A DNA stretch of 27,394 nt, taken from the NCBI GenBank assembly GCA_964367845.1, contig CAYIYW010000006.1, forward strand, positions 1 through 27,394, read 5' to 3'. The position numbers and the translations under genes were made by a program. Of this stretch, positions 16,418 to 24,312 are shown one piece after another. Under the pieces are notes generated by a model. It saw only the letters and a program-made list of their open reading frames with translations, was not told where the DNA came from and ran no database searches. Within the stretch, counting starts at the first letter, position 1; each line of letters begins with the position of its first letter. The stretch comes from an uncultured Candidatus Saccharibacteria bacterium (GTDB lineage: Bacteria > Patescibacteriota > Minisyncoccia > Phycocordibacterales > DATGWK01).

Positions 16418-16966
16418 ATGCCACTTGAAGCAAAAATTGAAGCCGTCTTGTTCTGGAAAGGCGAGCCGGTAAACATCAAGGAGCTCGCAAAATTTTTGGG
16501 AATTGAAAAGGAAACGGTTGAGTCGGAAATCAAGGGATTGCAAAATTCCTTAGAGGGCAGGGGATTGACGATTGTCCAGAATGGCGAGGAAGTCATGCTC
16601 TACACCGCCCCGGAAACCAGCGAGCTTATTAAAAAACTGGCGCACGAAGAGATGGTTCGGGAAATCAGCAAGGCCGGAGTTGAGGTTTTGTCGCTGGTAA
16701 TTTATCGTGGGCCAATCGCCAAGCGAGACATTGATTACGTCCGTGGCGTTAACTCTAGCTATATCATCCGAAATTTGATGGTTCGGGGACTTATTGAGCG
16801 ATTGGATAGCCGCGACGCCGGAAGCTTTGTTTATCAGCCGACATTTGAGCTCTTGGCCCATCTGGGTGTCAGCCGAAAGGAAGATTTACCTGATTTTGCC
16901 GCCGTCCAGAAAGACATAGAAACGTTCATGTTGAACCCAGACCACGAAAAAGAAAACAATGGATAG
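16418..16966 (+). CDS. scpB: Segregation and condensation protein B
   Basis: LEAKIEAVLF, EVLSLVIYRGPIAKRDIDYVRGVNS, YQPTFELLAHLG. Confidence 0.93.
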   Translation: MPLEAKIEAVLFWKGEPVNIKELAKFLGIEKETVESEIKGLQNSLEGRGLTIVQNGEEVMLYTAPETSELIKKLAHEEMVREISKAGVEVLSLVIYRGPIAKRDIDYVRGVNSSYIIRNLMVRGLIERLDSRDAGSFVYQPTFELLAHLGVSRKEDLPDFAAVQKDIETFMLNPDHEKENNG

Positions 16967-17936
16967 TCATTATTATCAACCGAAAAACGAAAAGGTCTTT
17001 ATTGCCGCCGGGATAATCGGTCTGATACTGATAGTGATGGTGGTGCTTTTCATATATTCCAAAAATCAATACATCAGGATAGACGACATTAAAACCCCAA
17101 TCGCGGAAACAGAGGAAACGGAAAGGGTATTCGCTGAAGGAAAACCTTTTGACAATTTAATCCTGACCGCCAAAGCGACGGTTGTTTGGGATGTTTCAAA
17201 CAAAAAACTTATCTTCCAAAAAAATGAGAAGGATATTTTGCCATTGGCCTCGCTGACCAAACTGATGACCGCCCTAGTGGCGATTGAGCTCTTGCCTCGT
17301 CAGTCAACAATCAGGATTGCCAAGGAATATCTTGAGGAAGAAAATGGCGCAGGACTTTTGGCCGACGAACGCTGGAACTCTGACGACCTTATATCTCTCA
17401 CACTACTGACCTCCTCAAATGTCGGTGCTCGGGCAATCGCCACTGTTGCCGGAGCTTTTTTACCCCCAAACGACAAGACCTCAAACCCAAGGGGACTATT
17501 CGTGAAGCGCTTAAACAGGCGCGCGGCAGACCTCGGTCTCATCTCCATGCGTTATTACAATGACGGCGGACTTGATATTGACAAGGAACGCGGTGGCGCC
17601 TACGGAAATGCTCGAGACGTGGCTATTCTTATGGACCATATTTTAAATAATTATCCGGAGCTTCTTGAACCAACGAAACATTTGGAGCGTGAGATAATTT
17701 CAGCCGACAAAGTATCGCATAATTTTAGAAATACGAACGAAAAGGCAGTGACAATCCCCGGTGCCATAGGGTCAAAGACCGGATTTACTGACTTGGCCCA
17801 AGGCAATTTGGCTGTCGCGTTTTCGCCCGGTCTTGAGGGGCCGTTTATCGCCGTCGTTCTGGGTTCAACCTTTGACGGCCGATTCGCCGATATGGATAAA
17901 TTGGTGTCGGCAACCTTGAAGACGCTTGCCCAATAA
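16959..17936 (+). CDS. Membrane-anchored D-alanyl-D-alanine carboxypeptidase (peptidase S11)
   Basis: N-terminal TM helix; SxxK (LASLTK), SxN (SSN) and KTG (SKTGFT) motifs; no C-terminal beta domain. Confidence 0.88.
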   Translation: MDSHYYQPKNEKVFIAAGIIGLILIVMVVLFIYSKNQYIRIDDIKTPIAETEETERVFAEGKPFDNLILTAKATVVWDVSNKKLIFQKNEKDILPLASLTKLMTALVAIELLPRQSTIRIAKEYLEEENGAGLLADERWNSDDLISLTLLTSSNVGARAIATVAGAFLPPNDKTSNPRGLFVKRLNRRAADLGLISMRYYNDGGLDIDKERGGAYGNARDVAILMDHILNNYPELLEPTKHLEREIISADKVSHNFRNTNEKAVTIPGAIGSKTGFTDLAQGNLAVAFSPGLEGPFIAVVLGSTFDGRFADMDKLVSATLKTLAQ

Positions 17937-17940
17937 CGAG

Positions 17941-17946
17941 TATAAT
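17941..17946 (+). promoter_or_regulatory. -10 element TATAAT 7 nt before the mraY ATG
   Basis: Perfect TATAAT in a 17-nt gap, then AAAACCA-ATG(17954). Confidence 0.6.
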
Positions 17947-17953
17947 AAAACCA

Positions 17954-19033
17954 ATGATTATTGATATCGTAAAGGTCTTTCTCCCGTCTATTTTGGCTTT
18001 TGCCGGAGGTATTGCGATTACCTACATTCTCACGGCTCAACTCTATAAACACAAGATGTGGAAAAAGAAAGCCGGTAAGGTTGATTTTTCCGGCAATGAA
18101 ACGACGCTTTTTAACGAACTTCATAAGGATAGGGAGGTGAATGTCCCGCGAATGGGAGGAGTTGTCATTTGGTTGTCGGCGGGAATAACTATCTTTTTTC
18201 TTTGGGCTTTGGGTCAAATTTTCCCCACGGATTTATTTCAAAAAATTGATTTTTTAAGCAGGAATCAGACCTGGATTCCTTTGACGGCTCTTATCTTCGG
18301 CGGCTTGATTGGCTTAATTGACGATTACCTTGAGGTCAGGGGGTCGGGGAATAACCTTCATGGAGGATTGGCGCTAAAAAAACGCCTGATTGTCGTGGCC
18401 GTCGTCGGCCTGCTTACCGCCCTTTGGTTTTATTTTAAGCTTGATATTTCGTCAATCGGTTTCCCCGGACTGCCTAACGGGATTGAACTGGGATTTCTTT
18501 TTGTGCCGTTATTCATGATTGTGGCGCTTGCAATTTACTCCGGCGGAGTGATTGACGGCATTGACGGATTGGCCGGCGGTATTTTCGCCAGTATCTTTGC
18601 GGCTTACGGCGGTATCGCCTTCTATCAACAGCAAATTAATTTAGCGGCATTCTGCGCACTCATCGTTGGAGCGATTTTGGCCTTCCTTTGGTTTAACATT
18701 CCGCCCGCCCGTTATTACATGTCGGAAACCGGCACCATGGGTCTTACTTTAACCTTGACCGTTGTGGCGTTTATGACTGACCGGCTGGGAGGCGGTTACG
18801 GCTTACTTGTTTTGCCGATTATCGCTTTACCGCTCCTTGCGACATCCATTTCAAGCATAATTCAGGTTGCGTCAAAAAAATTCCGACACGGGAAAAAGAT
18901 TTTTTTAATCGCGCCTCTTCACCATCATTTTGAAGCCATTGGTTGGCCGGCCTACAAAGTAACAATGCGTTATTGGATTTTCGGGGTTGTCTGCGCCATT
19001 CTTGGCCTGATTATCGCCCTTGTAATCAGATGA
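17954..19033 (+). CDS. mraY: Phospho-N-acetylmuramoyl-pentapeptide transferase (divergent)
   Basis: PRMGG, GLIDD, DGIDGL, FLWFNIPPA, APLHHHFE; polytopic membrane protein upstream of ftsW-murG. Confidence 0.9.
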   Translation: MIIDIVKVFLPSILAFAGGIAITYILTAQLYKHKMWKKKAGKVDFSGNETTLFNELHKDREVNVPRMGGVVIWLSAGITIFFLWALGQIFPTDLFQKIDFLSRNQTWIPLTALIFGGLIGLIDDYLEVRGSGNNLHGGLALKKRLIVVAVVGLLTALWFYFKLDISSIGFPGLPNGIELGFLFVPLFMIVALAIYSGGVIDGIDGLAGGIFASIFAAYGGIAFYQQQINLAAFCALIVGAILAFLWFNIPPARYYMSETGTMGLTLTLTVVAFMTDRLGGGYGLLVLPIIALPLLATSISSIIQVASKKFRHGKKIFLIAPLHHHFEAIGWPAYKVTMRYWIFGVVCAILGLIIALVIR

Positions 19034-20142
19034 GACGCGAGCATCGCGTTGACAGATGGTTTCTGACTGCGGTCTTCGTCATGACCGTCGCCGGTTTTTT
19101 AATTTTTATTTCGGCCTCGCTCGGTTTATTAGCTCGCGAAGGAGCCAGATTCTCAAATGTTGCGTTCTCGCAGACCTTTTTGGGATTATTCATGGGCACT
19201 GTCGCCTGCATCGCCACCTCCAGAATCAATTACCGTTTTTGGAGAAAATACGCCTTTTACATCTTTTTGCTGTCAATCCTGATTACATTGCTTCTTTTCA
19301 TCCCTGGAGTCGGCGTGAAATACGGCGGAGCGGTTCGTTGGATTTTTGTCGGGCCGATTTCCTTTCAGCCCTCGGAATTATTAAAAATCGGTTTTATTAT
19401 TTATCTGGCGGCATGGCTCTCAGGAGCGAAAAAGAACGTCCAGACAATCCAATATGGAATTTTGCCGCTGGCTCTGCTCTGCGGACTTGTCGGGACTATC
19501 CTTCTAAGCCAACCCGATACCGATACTTTTCTCATCGTCCTCGGTGCGGCGCTGGCCATGTTTGCGGTCAGTGGAGGAAGGTGGCGTCATATTTTTTTAT
19601 TGATTTTAATAACCGCCATCGGTCTAGCCGTTTTTGCCTACTCAAAACCGTACATCAAGGACCGGCTCCAAACCTTTATTAATCCGAGTCAGAATCAACT
19701 TAGTTCAGGATATCAGCTCAATCAATCACTCATCGCCATCGGTTCGGGCGGAATGTTCGGTCGTGGATTCGGTCAAAGCGTTCAAAAATTCAGCTTTCTG
19801 CCTGAACCGATAGGGGATTCAATTTTTGCTGTCATGGCCGAAGAATTCGGTTTTGTCGGTAGCATCGGGCTGATATTTCTGTATTTATTTTTTGCTTTTC
19901 GCGGTTTGCGAATAGCCATGAATTCTTCAGATACCTTCGGTGGACTATTGGCATTTGGAATTGTTATACTTATAGTGACCCAGTCGTTTTTCAATATCGG
20001 CGCAATGCTTGGTATCCTGCCCCTCTCCGGAATTCCGCTTCTGTTTGTCAGCCACGGCGGCACCGCACTGTTTATCACGCTCGCCGAGGCCGGCATCGTC
20101 CTGAACATTTCGCGTTTCCAAAGTAACAAACGACTGGTTTAG
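19030..20142 (+). CDS. ftsW: SEDS peptidoglycan polymerase FtsW
   Basis: GAVRWI, FQPSELLK, QPDTDT, AIGSGG...QSVQKFSFLPEPIGDSIFAVMAEEFG, PLLFVSHGGT. ATG 19030 overlaps the mraY TGA (ATGA). Confidence 0.92.
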   Translation: MRREHRVDRWFLTAVFVMTVAGFLIFISASLGLLAREGARFSNVAFSQTFLGLFMGTVACIATSRINYRFWRKYAFYIFLLSILITLLLFIPGVGVKYGGAVRWIFVGPISFQPSELLKIGFIIYLAAWLSGAKKNVQTIQYGILPLALLCGLVGTILLSQPDTDTFLIVLGAALAMFAVSGGRWRHIFLLILITAIGLAVFAYSKPYIKDRLQTFINPSQNQLSSGYQLNQSLIAIGSGGMFGRGFGQSVQKFSFLPEPIGDSIFAVMAEEFGFVGSIGLIFLYLFFAFRGLRIAMNSSDTFGGLLAFGIVILIVTQSFFNIGAMLGILPLSGIPLLFVSHGGTALFITLAEAGIVLNISRFQSNKRLV

Positions 20143-20215
20143 GGGCCGAGACAATAGAAAAGAACGGCGCAGAAACCACAAATTTATCAGGTTTTTTATT
20201 TAATTTTATAACTGG

Positions 20216-21343
20216 ATGAAGATTCTCTTTACCGGCGGCGGTTCAGGCGGACATTTTTACCCAATCCTTTCCGTTTCCAAGGAAATTCAGAAACTGGCAA
20301 AAGAATACCGCCTTCTGCCGCCAAAACTGTATTACGTTTCAAATACACCTTACAACGAGGCGGTTTTGTTTGACAACGACATTGTCTATAAAAAAAACAC
20401 CGCCGGGAAAAGGCGGCTTTACTTTTCAATCCTGAACTTTTTTGACATATTCCGGACGAGCTGGGGAATCCTGACCGCCCTTTGGACCGTTTTTACCATC
20501 TATCCGGATGTTGTTTTCAGCAAAGGCGGTTACCCCAGCTTTCCGGTCATTCTCGCCGCCCGTTTTTTGGGAATTCCGGTCATCATCCACGAATCGGATA
20601 CGGTGCCCGGCCGGGTGAACAGATTTGCCGGCCGATTCGCAAAACGAATTGCCGTATCATATGAGGAAGCCGCGGAATTTTTTCCCAAAAGCAAAGTGGC
20701 CGTAACCGGCAATCCGGTCAGAGAAGAAATTACCGAGCCCCTTACCGACGGCGCCCACGAATTTCTCAAACTTGATAAGGAAACGCCGGTTATTTTTGTC
20801 TTGGGCGGATCGCTTGGAGCTCAAATGATAAATGACATCATAATTGACACACTTCCGGAGCTTGTGGAAAAATACCAAATAATTCATCAAACCGGAAAAA
20901 ATAATTACCCGGAAATAATCTCCAGAGCCGAAGCGGTTCTCTATAACAATCGCTACCGGACGCGTTACAGACCGTTTGATTACTTGAACGAACTAGCCAT
21001 CAGGATGTCCGCCGGCGTTGCCGACATCGTCATTTCTAGAGCCGGGTCTACGATTTTTGAAATAGCGTCTTGGGGCTTGCCGTCTATCCTTATACCAATC
21101 AGCGAATCGCACGGCGACCATCAGAGAAAAAACGCTTATGCCTACGCCCGAAGTAAGGCCTGCGTCGTCCTTGAGGAGTCAAACGTCACGCCCCACATTT
21201 TAATGTCGGAAATTGACCGAATTATTACAAAAAAGGAGGAGAGACAAGTCATGTCCGCCGCCGCTAAGGCCTTTTTCAGACCGGGTGCGGCCCGAGCGAT
21301 TGCTAAGGAGATTCTCTCAATCGCCGTCAAGCACGAAATATAA
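20216..21343 (+). CDS. murG: Lipid I N-acetylglucosaminyltransferase
   Basis: TGGGSGGHFYP, KGGYPSFP, IHESD, TGNPVR, GGSLG, SRAGS. Confidence 0.96.
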   Translation: MKILFTGGGSGGHFYPILSVSKEIQKLAKEYRLLPPKLYYVSNTPYNEAVLFDNDIVYKKNTAGKRRLYFSILNFFDIFRTSWGILTALWTVFTIYPDVVFSKGGYPSFPVILAARFLGIPVIIHESDTVPGRVNRFAGRFAKRIAVSYEEAAEFFPKSKVAVTGNPVREEITEPLTDGAHEFLKLDKETPVIFVLGGSLGAQMINDIIIDTLPELVEKYQIIHQTGKNNYPEIISRAEAVLYNNRYRTRYRPFDYLNELAIRMSAGVADIVISRAGSTIFEIASWGLPSILIPISESHGDHQRKNAYAYARSKACVVLEESNVTPHILMSEIDRIITKKEERQVMSAAAKAFFRPGAARAIAKEILSIAVKHEI

Positions 21344-21361
21344 AAGACCAAAATACAATTT

Positions 21362-22738
21362 ATGAAAAAATCTGATATTCATAAAGGAGTCGTTACCCGC
21401 TTCGCGCCTAGTCCGACCGGCAACCTTCACATCGGCAATTTCAGAACTGCCTTGTTCAACTACCTTTACGCCAAGCGCAACGCTGGCAAATTAATTTTAA
21501 GAATTGAGGATACCGACAGGGAGCGTTCCAAACCGGAATATGAAAAAAATATTTGGGACGGACTTGATTGGCTTGGCTTGAAATTTGACAAAACATACAA
21601 ACAATCCGAAAGGGGCGACATTCATTCCTACTATGTGTCAAAACTCATCACCGAAGGCAAGGCCTATATTTCTAAAGAAGAGGTCGGCCAAAACACCGAG
21701 GGCAAAAGGGATTCGGTTATCAGATTCAAAAATCCGAATAAGGTCATAAATTTTTACGACCTGATCCGAGGCGAAATCAGTTTTGACACAACCGAGTTGG
21801 GGGACTTTGTTATCGCTAAAAGTTTGAGAGAACCGCTCTATAACTTTGCCGTCGTTGTTGATGACCACGAAATGGGCATCACCCACGTCATTCGCGGCGA
21901 GGACCACATATCAAACACCCCGAGACAAATTCTGCTCGGTAAGGCCATCGGAGCAACTCCGCCAATCTATGCCCATGTTCCTCTAATCATGGCGCCCGAT
22001 AAAAGCAAGCTGTCAAAACGAAAAGGCGCGAGGTCTCTAACTGAATATCGGGAACTCGGTTACCTGCCCGAAGCGATGATAAACTACATGGCCCTTCTTG
22101 GCTGGAATCCGGGCACGAATGAAGAGATATTTTCTCTGGGCGACCTTGTAAAGCGATTTGATATTGCCGACGTTCAAAAATCCGGCGCGGTCTATAACGA
22201 GGAGAAACTTCGCTGGACCAACCGAGAATATCTGAAGAGAAGGACCCATGCCGAGATTGCGATTGACGCCCGGAAATTTCTTGAGGAATCATCGGTGTTT
22301 AAGGAAAATAAATGGGAACTTTCACCCGAATTAATGGCGGGACTCATACCGGTTCTGCTTGACCGAGTGAGCGTTTACGCCGATATCACCGCTCTGATTG
22401 ACGCCCATGAGTTTGATTACTTTTTTGATACGCCCAAATACGACTCAAAGGACCTGATTTGGCGCGATGGAGGTGGAACGGAAAATACAAAAAAATTCTT
22501 GGAGGAATCAATCGCCATTCTCGCCGACGCTCCGGACAAGGCGTTTTCAGAAGAAGATGGAGTTAAGCAACTGCTTTGGGGCTACGCCACCGAGCATGGT
22601 CGTGGCGCTGTTCTTTGGCCAGTCCGATTTGCGTTAAGCGGTAAAATGAAATCTCCCGACCCCTTCACTTTGATGTCTATCCTCGGCAAAAAGGAGACGC
22701 TGAAACGCCTCAAGCACGCCGTCGGGACTTTGAAATAA
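21362..22738 (+). CDS. gltX: Glutamate--tRNA ligase, compact form
   Basis: RFAPSPTGNLHIGN, LRIEDTD, THVIRGEDH, KLSKR, with the anticodon-binding domain present (so not GluQ). Confidence 0.95.
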   Translation: MKKSDIHKGVVTRFAPSPTGNLHIGNFRTALFNYLYAKRNAGKLILRIEDTDRERSKPEYEKNIWDGLDWLGLKFDKTYKQSERGDIHSYYVSKLITEGKAYISKEEVGQNTEGKRDSVIRFKNPNKVINFYDLIRGEISFDTTELGDFVIAKSLREPLYNFAVVVDDHEMGITHVIRGEDHISNTPRQILLGKAIGATPPIYAHVPLIMAPDKSKLSKRKGARSLTEYRELGYLPEAMINYMALLGWNPGTNEEIFSLGDLVKRFDIADVQKSGAVYNEEKLRWTNREYLKRRTHAEIAIDARKFLEESSVFKENKWELSPELMAGLIPVLLDRVSVYADITALIDAHEFDYFFDTPKYDSKDLIWRDGGGTENTKKFLEESIAILADAPDKAFSEEDGVKQLLWGYATEHGRGAVLWPVRFALSGKMKSPDPFTLMSILGKKETLKRLKHAVGTLK

Positions 22739-22770
22739 GCCGGCTGACGAATTAAAACAAACGAAGTAAG

Positions 22771-24072
22771 ATGAAAATGCCTGATGAAAATGCTAAATAT
22801 TTCAGCAAAATTTCATACGCTCTGTTCCTGTTGGCGCTCCTGACAAATTTTTCTTCAGTTCATGGAGCCGACGAGGCAACGATAGATGAACTCAAGCGAA
22901 ACATTGAAGCAAAAAACGCGCAGGTTGAGGCAATCAACAAGGAAATAAAACTGCTTGACAAGCAAATCCAAACAACCACCCAAGAGAGTCAAACCCTCAA
23001 AGGAGCGATTGGCTCTCTTGAGGCGTCAAGGAATAAATTGTTGAAGGAAATCCAGGCCACGCAGGGCAAAGTCAGCACCGCCAATCTGACTATTGAACAG
23101 CTGGGATTGGAAATAACCAATAAAGAGAGGAAAATTCAAGCCAGTCGGCTGGCATTGGGCGATGCCATCCGAAGCGTGAACCGAGCCGAGAGTTTTTCTC
23201 TGGCCGAGGCCTTGTTGGCCAATGAAAATGTTTCGGCGCTTTGGAATGAAATAGAGTCCTTGACCCGTTTTCAAGCCGGAGTCAGAAAAAACATGAAGGA
23301 TGTTAAATCACTTAAAGACCAACTGTCGCAAAAGAAATCTGAAAACGAATTGCAGAAAAAAAACTTGCTTGGGCTCAAAGGAGAGCTGGAGGACAAGAAA
23401 AAAATCGTTGATATAAATAAATCCCAAAAAACCAAGCTTCTCTCGGACACTCAAAGCAAGGAGGCCATTTTCAAAAAACAACTTGAGGAAAAGAGACGGC
23501 TCAGCGAGGCGTTCCTTCAAGAGATAAACACCTACGAAAGACAGCTTAAATTTATTATTGACCCCGGCAGTTTTCCAAGTTCCGGCAAAGGCATCCTTTT
23601 CTGGCCTCTTGAAAACATATTCGTAACCCAGAATTTTGGTGACACAGAGTTTTCGCGAAGCACCAATGCTTACAACGGCAAGGGACACAACGGCGTTGAT
23701 TTTCGGGCATCGTTAGGCACAAAAGTCATGAGCGCTCTCAACGGAACAGTTGAGGGAGTCGGGAATACTGACGCCGTGCGCGGTTGCTATTCATACGGCA
23801 AATGGGTGCTCGTCCGCCACGACAACGGTCTTTCAACCCTTTATGCCCATCTTAGCCTCATCAAGGTCAATCCCGGCCAACGGGTCGGCACGGGTGAAAT
23901 AATAGGGTATAGCGGTAATACCGGATACTCCACCGGACCCCATTTACATTTGGGAGTATACGCGACCCAAGGAGTTAAAATAATCAAGTACCAAAGCAAC
24001 ACCAACTGTAACGGTGCCATTATCCCCGTGGCAGATATTAGAGCATATCTTAATCCTTTGTTATACTTATAA
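22771..24072 (+). CDS. Secreted coiled-coil plus M23 metallopeptidase (murein hydrolase, EnvC/PcsB-like architecture)
   Basis: Signal-like N-terminus, long coiled coil, intact Zn motifs HNGVD and STGPHLH. The start may be ATG 22777. Confidence 0.87.
   Translation: MKMPDENAKYFSKISYALFLLALLTNFSSVHGADEATIDELKRNIEAKNAQVEAINKEIKLLDKQIQTTTQESQTLKGAIGSLEASRNKLLKEIQATQGKVSTANLTIEQLGLEITNKERKIQASRLALGDAIRSVNRAESFSLAEALLANENVSALWNEIESLTRFQAGVRKNMKDVKSLKDQLSQKKSENELQKKNLLGLKGELEDKKKIVDINKSQKTKLLSDTQSKEAIFKKQLEEKRRLSEAFLQEINTYERQLKFIIDPGSFPSSGKGILFWPLENIFVTQNFGDTEFSRSTNAYNGKGHNGVDFRASLGTKVMSALNGTVEGVGNTDAVRGCYSYGKWVLVRHDNGLSTLYAHLSLIKVNPGQRVGTGEIIGYSGNTGYSTGPHLHLGVYATQGVKIIKYQSNTNCNGAIIPVADIRAYLNPLLYL
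24059..24067 (+). promoter_or_regulatory. Extended -10 promoter TGTTATACT within the last codons of the M23 gene
   Basis: TGn-TATACT, 8 nt before ATG 24076. Confidence 0.55.
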
Positions 24073-24075
24073 ATA

Positions 24076-24297
24076 ATGAAAACGCGCGGTTACATAGTAT
24101 CAATTGTTCTGGTGATAGTGGCGATAATTTTGCTGAAGGTTTGGTTCGGTTTTGACCTTTTCAAATGGCTAAACTCGCCGGAAGTAAAAAGTTTCTTCGC
24201 AAAAATCTGGGAGATAATTTCCCAGATTTGGGATAAATTCCTGCGGGAAGCATTCCAGACGCTTTTTAAACTTATAAAGGACATCATTAATCGTTAG
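24076..24297 (+). CDS. Small membrane protein (73 aa): TM helix plus amphipathic helix
   Basis: Fills the gap in the operon direction; hydrophobic IVSIVLVIVAIILL, then FFAKIWEIISQIWDKFLREAFQTLFKLIKDII with hydrophobic residues every 3-4 positions. Confidence 0.75.
   Translation: MKTRGYIVSIVLVIVAIILLKVWFGFDLFKWLNSPEVKSFFAKIWEIISQIWDKFLREAFQTLFKLIKDIINR
24203..24229. repeat. Perfect 10-bp inverted repeat inside the small ORF
   Basis: AAATCTGGGA-gataatt-TCCCAGATTT. Confidence 0.7.
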
Positions 24298-24312
24298 GAT
24301 GAGGCATTTCCG

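Noticed and set aside
17651-18217. 188-aa minus-strand ORF
   Set aside because: Antisense to the carboxypeptidase and mraY; no motifs.
18943-19029. 29-codon N-terminal extension of ftsW in the ORF track
   Set aside because: Overlaps the mraY C-terminus; ATG 19030 gives a standard ATGA coupling. Extended starts for alaS, infA, rpoA, rplM and trpS were rejected on similar grounds.
19056-19682. 208-aa + strand ORF in an alternative frame within ftsW
   Set aside because: Nested out of frame in a well-supported gene; the sequence looks like a shadow frame.
22744-22772. Possible promoter CTGACG-N17-TAAGAT for the M23 gene
   Set aside because: The -10 overlaps ATG 22771 and leaves only 4 nt to ATG 22777; plausible but I cannot reconcile it with a start codon confidently.
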